A model generated the notes under the pieces. It was not told the DNA's origin and made no database searches. It saw nothing but the letters and a program-made list of their open reading frames with translations. From the IMG/VR virus record IMGVR_UViG_3300009159_000035: a stretch of DNA of 64,000 nucleotides. The stretch is one strand, 5' to 3'. Shown one piece after another: positions 48,628 to 57,523 of the stretch (positions are counted from its first letter, which is position 1; the number at the start of each line of letters is the position of its first letter). This DNA comes from a virus. The position numbers and the translations under genes are program-made.

Positions 48628-49101
48628 ATGAAAAACAATTACATTAAACCTTTTAGTATATTTAATGAGGCATTAGCCGACTCTGCATTAAATAAGTCAA
48701 GTTGGTATTATGGAATTGCTGACTGCCATGGATTAGAGTCGTTTGTTAAAGAGCCGAATATGGCTAAGGCAAATGAGTTAGATGATATGTTTGACTTGGG
48801 GCTTAGTGACACTGATTCAAAAAACGATCCTGTTAAAAAAAAATATATTGGTAATTTAGCATTAATGAAAAGTCGGTGTGACGTCAATTTACAACGCCAT
48901 CCGGTTATTTACCGAGTAAAATTAGCAGAAGAAGATGCTGATATGGTAGAAGATTTGCTCAGTATTGGTGACTATATTAATGCGCTTAATGTAGTTAAAG
49001 GAAATTCAGAAGAAGTTCAATTATATAAAAGCAGAAATGGTTCTTCAGCTGAAAAATCTTGGAAAATTATTCCAAATCCAGATTTTGATCCAATGCACTA
49101 A
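48628..49101 (+). CDS. Hypothetical protein with CTS-like leader
   Basis: YIKPFSIFNE; GIADCHGLESF. Confidence 0.72.
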   Translation: MKNNYIKPFSIFNEALADSALNKSSWYYGIADCHGLESFVKEPNMAKANELDDMFDLGLSDTDSKNDPVKKKYIGNLALMKSRCDVNLQRHPVIYRVKLAEEDADMVEDLLSIGDYINALNVVKGNSEEVQLYKSRNGSSAEKSWKIIPNPDFDPMH

Positions 49102-49113
49102 AAAATAAATATT

Positions 49114-49443
49114 ATGAAAAAAATAAACTCAAACAATAAAGCTCTTAAACTAGGTGACAGAATTAAGATTCACATAAATGCGGAAGAAATGCAAAATGAT
49201 TTGCTTGAAATGGTAGATGGCCAAGAAGCTGTCATTACTGAAATCTATCAAAACAGTTATGAACCTGATGTTGACCGAATTGAAGTTGAATTGGTTAATC
49301 CAGTTGAATTTCACGGACAAAGCCTAGTGGTTGTTCCGGGTTTGTACATGGATAATATTGAAAAAATTAAAAAGCTTGAAGAAAGCAAAAAAACTGGTAA
49401 AAGATACCTAAGTAGATTTGTTGGAACTTTTGCAAATTATTAA
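49114..49443 (+). CDS. Hypothetical protein (KOW/SH3-like)
   Basis: LKLGDRIKI...G..A.ITEI. Confidence 0.65.
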   Translation: MKKINSNNKALKLGDRIKIHINAEEMQNDLLEMVDGQEAVITEIYQNSYEPDVDRIEVELVNPVEFHGQSLVVVPGLYMDNIEKIKKLEESKKTGKRYLSRFVGTFANY

Positions 49444-49445
49444 TT

Positions 49446-49973
49446 ATGAAATCTGGTATAAAACTATTTGAAGCATTTCACGGAAAGGATTATTTAGAGC
49501 ATGAATTTGGCAGATTTGATAGTGATATTGAATTTTATAAAACAGTTATTAGGTATCCAACTGGTACAGATATATCAGATTTAGCTGAATTAGGTTTGGC
49601 TGATAATATTGCTGAGATTGAAGATACTAGTTTTGATAAAGTTAGGATTACATATGAACTGAAACCTTATTTTGATAATGCTGGAATTTATGACATTGAC
49701 CTTATTTTAAGGACTGTTTATATTGTTGGCGAATATACAATCTGGGATGAAGCTAAACAGGAAGAAACTCGATATGATTTTGAAATTGAAGATGCTGGCC
49801 CATTTGAAGGTAGAGTTATGGTAAAATGGGGCAGTTTACCATTTTATCCACAAGATATTGTAATTGAGACTCAAGGTTCTAATACTAGTAATAAGGTTCA
49901 AACCAAACAGCCATTTGATCCATCAGCCCCAGACTCATCTAATTTTAAATATACAATAAATATAGGCAACTAA
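49446..49973 (+). CDS. Acidic hypothetical protein with CTS-like leader
   Basis: MKSGIKLFEAF. Confidence 0.72.
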   Translation: MKSGIKLFEAFHGKDYLEHEFGRFDSDIEFYKTVIRYPTGTDISDLAELGLADNIAEIEDTSFDKVRITYELKPYFDNAGIYDIDLILRTVYIVGEYTIWDEAKQEETRYDFEIEDAGPFEGRVMVKWGSLPFYPQDIVIETQGSNTSNKVQTKQPFDPSAPDSSNFKYTINIGN

Positions 49974-49997
49974 TACCTAACTTTATTGATATTAAGT

Positions 49998-50028
49998 AAA
50001 AGGAAGGTCTCATACTCTTCCTTTTTTT
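49998..50028 (+). terminator. Rho-independent terminator
   Basis: AAAAGGAAG...CTTCCTTTTTTT. Confidence 0.75.
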
Positions 50029-50071
50029 ATTTAGGTCGATAAATAACCTTATAAAAAAATAGTTTAATACT

Positions 50072-52129
50072 ATGTCTGGAATAAATCCAACCCTTGGACT
50101 ATCATTAGTAACCGCTGAAGCATTTGCTGGAGTTAATTATTTGGAAAAATTAGCAGCTCCACTTGGTAAAGCAGGTTTTGCAGAATTAGCAAAAGGAATA
50201 GAGCCTGCGGCTAATGAAACTGGGACGTTACAAACAAATGTAAGCTCAATATTTAATAAGTTTTCAGTATTTCAGTATTCAGCGTTTAATGCAGGTGCTA
50301 GCTATAAAACAGAAGGTCACTTTATTGGATTTTCAAGTAATTTAAAATCCAATGCGGAATACGAGGCTGAGGTGGCAAAGGCCTTTACTGAAAAGAAAAC
50401 TATTCTGGAGAATTTAAAAAAGAATAAAGTTACTACTACCGCTGGGACAAAGATAATAAATGACCAATTAGCTGCGCTTGATAAAAGTAAGACAGGCGCG
50501 GCTGGACGAGCTCGTAGTTTTAAATCAAATATTGAAAATACATTATCAAATCCAACTGCACCAGTTTTAATAAAATGGGGAGCAACAAAGTCAGCTGGAT
50601 CGCCAGTTGGCTTTCAACCATATTCGCTAACTGATTTTATGTTTTGTAAAGATTATGGTAAAATTCCAAATAACCGGTTAATAACATTACGTAGATTTCC
50701 ATTTCCAGTTGATGATTCATTAAGGTTAGGGCAAGTTGACCGAAAACGTAATGCATTTCCAGTTGCACAAGCGGTTACCTGGTTTGGTAGTGATACTAAT
50801 AATTCATTAAGTTCTATTGGAGTTTTTAAATGGGATATGACATTTGGAGAACTTTCAGTTAGTGAACAAATTATTACAGGTAATGAAGTAACTCTTACTG
50901 ATTTACTTGGAATACTAGAAGGCGTTGGAGGAAAGCCTGCTGTTGTTGGAGGAACTGAAATCGCAAATGTTCTAAAAACTGCATATGCAGCAATTAATGG
51001 ATCAGATGAAGGTATGCAGCAATTTAGTGGGTATGACGCAAAAATACAAAACTATCAAAAGTCCCTATATGATTCAACCTCTGGTCCATATTGGAACCGT
51101 ATATACGGCCCAGTAAACGTAATTCATAAATCAATGAGACGGGAGAGAGGAATGCAAAATCAAAATTGGAATACTTCATTTAGTATAAATTTTAGATATT
51201 CATTTAGGTCATTTAATGGTATGAGCCCAAAAATTGTAGCACTAGACTTAATTTCAAATTTTATTAACTTGACGTATAATGATGCTCAATTTTTAGGTCA
51301 ACTTGCTCGATATTTTCCAAAAACCGGATTAAAAATGAGCCCAAGCACAACTGAGGCATTTGGTAAAATTTTAACAAGTTGGGGATCAAGCTATACTGGA
51401 AATAATGCTGATGCGTTTAGTAAAATTTTAACAAATATGAATAGTGCATTAGAAGCCGCTGGAAGTTCAATTGCAAATGATCCAATAAAGATAATCGGTC
51501 AAGGTCTTCAAACTGGCCTAATGGCACCTGATAAATTAGGAAAGGCAATTCCTGATCTTATTTCAATTAAATCAGCACTATCAGATAGGCCGGTTGGAGA
51601 ATGGCATATTGTTGTAGGTAATCCGCTTAATCCAATTTTTGTAATGGGTGATTTATTATGTACAAATGTTGATATGGTATGGGATGAAGAACTTGGACCG
51701 GATGATTTTCCAACCGGCGTTAAGTTTACCGTAACTCTAAAACAGGGAAAACCCAGAGATAAAACTTCAATTGAAAGAATGCTTAATCTTGGAGAAACTA
51801 AATTAACATCAGGTATGTTAAGAACGTCCAGCTCATTTGATACATTTGGTGAAGATAATAGTAAATTATGGAATGAAATAGTAGCAACAGCAGAAGGTGG
51901 TCAACAAAAATCGCTTGAGGCGTATTATCAAAGTCTTAGCGCTGGTAAAGGTACGGATGGTAATAAAGCGAAAGATAGATTTAATCTATTTAGAAATAGA
52001 TTTTTAACTGGCTATGGAATATATAATAGCGATGAATTGAAAGACGTAACTACTGGAGCAGTTGGTAAAAAAGACCTTGATGATAGTTTACTATTATTTT
52101 ACTATCAACGTCAATACGGTAAAAACTAA
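50072..52129 (+). CDS. Putative baseplate/tail-tube-initiator structural protein
   Basis: First gene of the late tail operon; C-terminal WH..VGNP.NPI..MG.L.C.......LGPDDFP..V...VTL. Confidence 0.55.
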   Translation: MSGINPTLGLSLVTAEAFAGVNYLEKLAAPLGKAGFAELAKGIEPAANETGTLQTNVSSIFNKFSVFQYSAFNAGASYKTEGHFIGFSSNLKSNAEYEAEVAKAFTEKKTILENLKKNKVTTTAGTKIINDQLAALDKSKTGAAGRARSFKSNIENTLSNPTAPVLIKWGATKSAGSPVGFQPYSLTDFMFCKDYGKIPNNRLITLRRFPFPVDDSLRLGQVDRKRNAFPVAQAVTWFGSDTNNSLSSIGVFKWDMTFGELSVSEQIITGNEVTLTDLLGILEGVGGKPAVVGGTEIANVLKTAYAAINGSDEGMQQFSGYDAKIQNYQKSLYDSTSGPYWNRIYGPVNVIHKSMRRERGMQNQNWNTSFSINFRYSFRSFNGMSPKIVALDLISNFINLTYNDAQFLGQLARYFPKTGLKMSPSTTEAFGKILTSWGSSYTGNNADAFSKILTNMNSALEAAGSSIANDPIKIIGQGLQTGLMAPDKLGKAIPDLISIKSALSDRPVGEWHIVVGNPLNPIFVMGDLLCTNVDMVWDEELGPDDFPTGVKFTVTLKQGKPRDKTSIERMLNLGETKLTSGMLRTSSSFDTFGEDNSKLWNEIVATAEGGQQKSLEAYYQSLSAGKGTDGNKAKDRFNLFRNRFLTGYGIYNSDELKDVTTGAVGKKDLDDSLLLFYYQRQYGKN

Positions 52130-52139
52130 TCAATATAAT

Positions 52140-52745
52140 ATGATAGATTTAAAAATATTAGGAAATAAGCTGAATTTTACAAAAACAAATGGTGATATTG
52201 TTATTGACCTAACTAGGCGTAGTGTTTCATTTAAAGGCGTATTAGTAAATCAAGGTAAAAGTTTTATAGTTGATGATGGATTACAGATGAGAGGAGACCT
52301 ACTTTCAAAAATTCTATATCAAACTACTTCATTTATGTGTGTTTTGTTTAAGTATAATGGAATATCCAATCCATTTTCATTAGATATTAATGATTTTATT
52401 AAAGCGCCAGACGGTGGAGTATTATCGGCAATGTTAACTGAGCCAAGCACCATTAATGGAAGTAATAATAATTGGGAGACTTCTACCAGAAAAAAGAAAA
52501 AGACTTCATTAATTTCTCCAAAAACTAAACAGGATAAAATGCGGCTTGATTATTTACAAAAAAATTCAGGTGTAAATTCAACAATCGCACCTCCTAATAT
52601 AGCCAAAGACACCTCAGTAAAAGTTGTGAATGGTAAGATTATTTTTGGAGCTGACGTTACCTCGGTGAAAAAGGAGGACTGCCCTGATCCAATTTCTAGG
52701 ACTAAGCTGCAAGCCGCATTGGTAAAAAATAAAATATTTGGTTAA
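52140..52745 (+). CDS. Baseplate wedge protein (gp53/LysM-like)
   Basis: MR.DL.S..LY.......L.KYNGISNPF; ATG at 52140 preferred. Confidence 0.68.
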   Translation: MIDLKILGNKLNFTKTNGDIVIDLTRRSVSFKGVLVNQGKSFIVDDGLQMRGDLLSKILYQTTSFMCVLFKYNGISNPFSLDINDFIKAPDGGVLSAMLTEPSTINGSNNNWETSTRKKKKTSLISPKTKQDKMRLDYLQKNSGVNSTIAPPNIAKDTSVKVVNGKIIFGADVTSVKKEDCPDPISRTKLQAALVKNKIFG

Positions 52746-54241
52746 TGGCAGCGGTTAAAGATTTAATTATACAAACACTTGAGCCAAAGATTACTCCACC
52801 AAGTATTAGTGTGCCTGATTTTGAAACTGCTGGCTCAGATAATAAGATTAGATCTGCTGAACAGTCTGGTTATGCTCAACAGTTGGGTAAAAAATCTCCA
52901 TTAATTAGAATTGGAAATTCCACTATTGCTCCAAATAATGTAATATCAATGTCAGTATCAATGAATTCAATTATACCGACCATTCATGTAGCGGTAATTG
53001 ATCCAATGGGAACACTAACTTCACGAACCTATCCTAGAACTAGTTTATTGATTACTGCATTTGTTGCACAAAGTCATCCAAAATTAAAATCATTTTCTCA
53101 ATCATTCTTAATTACAAATGTTCATTCAATACCATTGGGCTTTGGAGAAACCAGATATGATTTCTTTGGAGAATTGTATATTCCAAATTTGAATGGTAAT
53201 TTTATTAAATCATATACTGGCTTAACTTCAGCACAAGCACTAAAAAAAGTAGCAGAAGAATTGGGATTAGGTTTTGCAACAAATGAAGACACAACTGATG
53301 ATAAAATGACATGGATTAATCCTAACTTAAATTATAAATCATTTATTAAGCAGGTAACAGATCACTCATATAAAAATGAAAAATCTTTTTTTGAATGTTT
53401 TATTGACAGATATTATGTACTTAATTTTATTAATGTTGAAAAGCAGTTTAAACAATTTAGTGATGATAAAGAAATATCAGATGGATATCCGGCAGTATCA
53501 ACCGATTCAATAGATACGTCTAGAGCAGAAAATGGAAATACGATAGAAGCGCCAGATGCAACAATTAAGCTTATTTTAACTAATGGCTCAATTGGCAATA
53601 AATATTCTGAAATGAAAATTTTGGAATATTCAATGATTGGCGAAAATGGAGATATTTTAAAAAATAATGGTTTTAGAAAAAGAATTTTGATCTATAAACA
53701 TGGAGAGGTTGATCCACTTAATACCTGGTTTGTTGAACCGCTATCTGAAGTATCAGCTGATGGAGCAAGTGTATATCAAGTCCCAGAGCTACAAGATTAT
53801 ATAGATAATGATGTTGTTAAATGGATGGGAACCGATTATAATAATACTCATTCAAATTATAAATTTGCAAAATTATTAAATAATCATAATTTAGCTGAAG
53901 CAAATAAAAATGCACTATTAGTTAAATTGCCAGGATTTAATCATAATATACTTAGAGGAAGTAGAGTTAAGGTACACATATATTCAACTAGAGCTCAACA
54001 AATGAGTCATGATAGAATAAAAAATGAGTTGGCAGAACCAGTAGATTCTCAAAAATCTGAGAATCCAATGGAAAGCACTGCCTCCTCTGAAATATTTGAT
54101 ACGTATTTAAGTGATACTTATTATGTAAAAAGTATAGAGTATAATTATAATATACAGGACCCAGAATATAAATTTACAACAACAATGATTTTAGGTAGAA
54201 AAAATTGGTTACCTGAACCAAAGGTAGAAAATAAAGAATAA
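52745..54241 (+). CDS. Putative baseplate hub/tail protein
   Basis: Position between gp53-like and gp5-like genes; C-terminal YYV..I.Y.Y. Confidence 0.55.
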   Translation: MAAVKDLIIQTLEPKITPPSISVPDFETAGSDNKIRSAEQSGYAQQLGKKSPLIRIGNSTIAPNNVISMSVSMNSIIPTIHVAVIDPMGTLTSRTYPRTSLLITAFVAQSHPKLKSFSQSFLITNVHSIPLGFGETRYDFFGELYIPNLNGNFIKSYTGLTSAQALKKVAEELGLGFATNEDTTDDKMTWINPNLNYKSFIKQVTDHSYKNEKSFFECFIDRYYVLNFINVEKQFKQFSDDKEISDGYPAVSTDSIDTSRAENGNTIEAPDATIKLILTNGSIGNKYSEMKILEYSMIGENGDILKNNGFRKRILIYKHGEVDPLNTWFVEPLSEVSADGASVYQVPELQDYIDNDVVKWMGTDYNNTHSNYKFAKLLNNHNLAEANKNALLVKLPGFNHNILRGSRVKVHIYSTRAQQMSHDRIKNELAEPVDSQKSENPMESTASSEIFDTYLSDTYYVKSIEYNYNIQDPEYKFTTTMILGRKNWLPEPKVENKE

Positions 54242-54243
54242 CC

Positions 54244-55632
54244 ATGGCAAAATTAATAAATGGAACAAGAAGATGGAAGCAATTTGTAAAAAGTTCGCTT
54301 AATGATGTACAAGACCCAGTATTCCTGACATTTGACTTGGACTTTTTATTAGACATTAATAAACCTGAATTAAGTCACCAACAAACTGCATCAAACGATG
54401 GATTATATTTTGATGGATTATTTAAGGCACCACGAACGGAAGTGACTGATGCAAACGAATATAATATAGTAGAATGGGCAGCAATTGACTGGTTGGAAAG
54501 ATATGGTTCTCCATGGGCAAAACAGAATTGGCAATATTTAGCAGATGCCCAAGTATTGTTAAAACAATTACAAGAGAGTCCATGGTATTTTCAATCTATT
54601 ATGGGAATAGACCAATTATGGAAAGCGGCAAGTAGAGTTAAAGAAGGGGATAAAAAAGTTGAAATTACGATAAATTGTCTTGATTCAATACAGCAACCAT
54701 TACTTAAATTTGCAGAATCCTATCGTAGAGCAATTTATGATTTTGATAAATTATGTTATACATTACCTGATAATCTTAGAACATTTGATATGACAATTAC
54801 CCTATTTGAAATTAGGGATATTAATGATCCTAATGGTAATTTAGAAGATGGGCTTCACCAATTAAAATATAGACTGCAGCGCTGTGAATTTGATTTTTCA
54901 GACATACTTAATGGAGTAGGCTCTACTGAAATTAAATCATATATTGAAGAGAAGCCATTTACTACATCATTTAAAATTAGAGCAGCTTGGGTAATGGAAG
55001 AATCTGAAGCCTCAACTGAGTCAAATTATCATTCACTAGGTATTTTTTCAGGCCTAGCAAGTTCGCTTGGAAATAAAGCTCAAAATTTACTAGGCAGTAT
55101 AGCACGACTTCCAGCCCGAATAATTGGAGATCTTACTAATCAATTACAAACTAAACTTGAAACCGCATTAGGCGAAAATGTGTATAATAGAACTACTGAG
55201 GTACTTGGAACAAATCAACTGTTTGGTAGAACTTCACCAGTTGGACCAGGTGGCGGAGGAGCTGTTGTTAATGATGATATTTACCCAGGAGTAAATGTGA
55301 ACCCGAATATAACCAAAATAGCAGAGATTTACCCAGGAGTAAATGTGAACCCTAATATAACCGATATAGCCGATATTTACCCAGGAGTAGATGTGAAGCC
55401 TGACGTAACTGATATAGATGATATTTACCCAGGAGTAGATGTGAAGCCGGTTATAACAACTGGTATTGATGTTTACCCAGGAGTAGATGTGAAACCTAAC
55501 GTAACAACCGGAATTGACGTTTACCCAGGAGTAGATGTGAAACCTAACGTAACAACCGGAATTGACGTTTACCCAGGAGTAGATGTGAAAGACATAATTA
55601 AGGATGGCGATTTGGGTGATGTTTATCCATAA
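54244..55632 (+). CDS. Putative tail/baseplate protein with C-terminal 16-aa repeats
   Basis: PWYFQSI.G, I.CL.S, LPDNLR.F.M; DIYPGV repeats. Confidence 0.6.
   Translation: MAKLINGTRRWKQFVKSSLNDVQDPVFLTFDLDFLLDINKPELSHQQTASNDGLYFDGLFKAPRTEVTDANEYNIVEWAAIDWLERYGSPWAKQNWQYLADAQVLLKQLQESPWYFQSIMGIDQLWKAASRVKEGDKKVEITINCLDSIQQPLLKFAESYRRAIYDFDKLCYTLPDNLRTFDMTITLFEIRDINDPNGNLEDGLHQLKYRLQRCEFDFSDILNGVGSTEIKSYIEEKPFTTSFKIRAAWVMEESEASTESNYHSLGIFSGLASSLGNKAQNLLGSIARLPARIIGDLTNQLQTKLETALGENVYNRTTEVLGTNQLFGRTSPVGPGGGGAVVNDDIYPGVNVNPNITKIAEIYPGVNVNPNITDIADIYPGVDVKPDVTDIDDIYPGVDVKPVITTGIDVYPGVDVKPNVTTGIDVYPGVDVKPNVTTGIDVYPGVDVKDIIKDGDLGDVYP
55276..55629 (+). repeat. 48-bp coding tandem repeat (about 7 units)
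   Basis: Core TTTACCCAGGAGTARATGTGAA at a 48-nt period, encoding D(I/V)YPGV(N/D)V(N/K)P..T... Confidence 0.92.
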
Positions 55633-55693
55633 TTTTGACAATGTGTAAAGTGGAATGCTATTAATATGTAAATTGAAAAGTTAAAAAATGTAA

Positions 55694-56497
55694 ATGATAG
55701 GACCAAATCAAGATATAGAAAAAGATCCAACTGGATCAGATAATTTAACTACCAAATTTCTTGGTGAAGTAATTGATGTTACTGACCCATTACGTGAGGG
55801 TCGATGTAAAATTAAAGTATTTAGTATTTTTGATACTTTACCAGTTGAGGATATTCCATGGGCAACACAGTCTCAAAAACCTGCATTTTTTGGGCAAGAT
55901 GCAAAGGCCGGCTCAATTTCAATTCCTAAAAAAGGTGCAATTGTAAATGTCAGATTTAATAATGGCGACCTTTATTCTCCGGAATATGAACAGGTGCAGG
56001 AAATTGGAGATGATATTAAAGAAGAACTTAAAAAGAGTACTGACTATGAATATGAAGGAGCTCACTATATCCTATTTGATGGAGATGAACAAATTAAATT
56101 TTGGTTTAATAAAGGTAAAGGCTTAACTCTTGAAATGAAAGACTCTTACCTAAACATTGATCAAAATTCTAAAATTGAACTTTACCATAAAGACGGTTTG
56201 TCGTCAGTTGAATTAGATGGAAATGTTATTACAGTAATGAGTCAATCTCAAGTAAATGTAGTTTCAAACTCAATTAAAACCAGTGCTCAAAATGTACATA
56301 TTGATGGTAAAACAACCAGAATTGGATCATCAAATATTGTTGAAAGTGCAGTAATGGGAGATACGTTATATGCTGCACTATATGGGTTAGCTGCAATGGT
56401 TGATGCTAAAATGCCTTCAACGCCAGGAGCAGCACAACAATATATACAAAATTTAAGAGATACAATGCTCTCCGAAACTGTAGCAATTGGCCATTAA
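55694..56497 (+). CDS. Baseplate spike protein (gp5/VgrG OB-fold)
   Basis: GEV.DV.DPLREGR.K.KV, IPWA, P..GA.V.V.F.NGD..SP; beta-repeat C-terminus, no lysozyme domain. Confidence 0.82.
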   Translation: MIGPNQDIEKDPTGSDNLTTKFLGEVIDVTDPLREGRCKIKVFSIFDTLPVEDIPWATQSQKPAFFGQDAKAGSISIPKKGAIVNVRFNNGDLYSPEYEQVQEIGDDIKEELKKSTDYEYEGAHYILFDGDEQIKFWFNKGKGLTLEMKDSYLNIDQNSKIELYHKDGLSSVELDGNVITVMSQSQVNVVSNSIKTSAQNVHIDGKTTRIGSSNIVESAVMGDTLYAALYGLAAMVDAKMPSTPGAAQQYIQNLRDTMLSETVAIGH

Positions 56498-56547
56498 ACT
56501 TATTTAGCCTAATTAGTATTAGATAATTAAATTATAATTTACATTTT

Positions 56548-57456
56548 TTGAAAAATCATTACCAGACACTTGGGGTTTTGGAAACCTCAACTCATGACGA
56601 TATCCGAAAGGCCTATCGAAAATTGGCAACTAAATATCATCCAGATAAAAATAGTGGAAGTTCTGAAGCAGAAGATAAATTTAAAGAGGTAGCAGCAGCT
56701 TATGAAACCTTAGGTAATGAGGATAAGCGTAAGGCATATGACCATTCCAGAAATTTTAAAGGATCGGCTAATGCTGATTTTTTTGGTAATTTTGGATCAT
56801 TTAGAGATTTTTCATTTGGTGGATCTAGAGTACATGATTTTAAGAATTTAACAATACCTATTGATAAATGGGCAACAATTAAGGAATTAATGGATGGAGC
56901 TATATTTGATATACCATATATTGTAAATAAAACAATTAGTGGCTCAACTAAAGCTGAAAATAAACAAGTTAGGGTTAAAATTGACTTGGCAAATGAAAGT
57001 TATCCAATTTCATTTGATAATGGAAGATATTTAATTACTTTAAAGATTAGAGGAGGAGGTTCAAGTCAAGAAATTGAAGACTTTGACTATTCTGGTAAAA
57101 AAAGAAATACCGTAGTTACTGGTGATTTAATAGTTCGAATAAACATTGATATGTTAGGCCTTGCTATTGATCAAAGTGATATTATTCAAGAGTTTGAGCT
57201 AAGTTTACATGATATATTATTTACTGAAGAAGTTATCCTGGAAAGCCCAATGGGCAAAAAATATCGTATTAAATCATTTAATCGAGATAATTTAAGTAAT
57301 ATAACAGTTAAAATACCTAATCAAGGATTGATCTCAGCTTTTGGTAATACAGGAAGCTATGTGTTTAAGATCCTGGTTAAAAAGCCAAATTTTTTAAATA
57401 TTAGTGAAGAAAACTTACAAATTTTAAAAGACTTGCTGATTGACGTTAATAAATAA
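56548..57456 (+). CDS. dnaJ: DnaJ-family co-chaperone
   Basis: J domain with YHPDKN, G/F-rich region, GDL.V C-terminal domain; no Zn finger. Confidence 0.88.
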   Translation: MKNHYQTLGVLETSTHDDIRKAYRKLATKYHPDKNSGSSEAEDKFKEVAAAYETLGNEDKRKAYDHSRNFKGSANADFFGNFGSFRDFSFGGSRVHDFKNLTIPIDKWATIKELMDGAIFDIPYIVNKTISGSTKAENKQVRVKIDLANESYPISFDNGRYLITLKIRGGGSSQEIEDFDYSGKKRNTVVTGDLIVRINIDMLGLAIDQSDIIQEFELSLHDILFTEEVILESPMGKKYRIKSFNRDNLSNITVKIPNQGLISAFGNTGSYVFKILVKKPNFLNISEENLQILKDLLIDVNK

Positions 57457-57495
57457 TGTTAGTACGGCCTACCTAGAGTAATAGGAATGGGCGCG

Positions 57496-57505
57496 TATAA
57501 ATAAT
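57496..57505 (+). promoter_or_regulatory. Late promoter TATAAATAAT
   Basis: Exact T4 late consensus before the protease/capsid operon. Confidence 0.72.
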
Positions 57506-57523
57506 CAAAAAAGTCTAACTAAG

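Noticed and set aside
55276-55629. CRISPR array (constant 22-nt core with variable 26-nt intervals)
   Set aside because: The intervals resemble each other (two are identical), the period is a multiple of 3 within an open frame, and no cas genes are present.
55234-55641. Minus-strand 135-aa repeat ORF
   Set aside because: Antisense shadow of the coding repeat.
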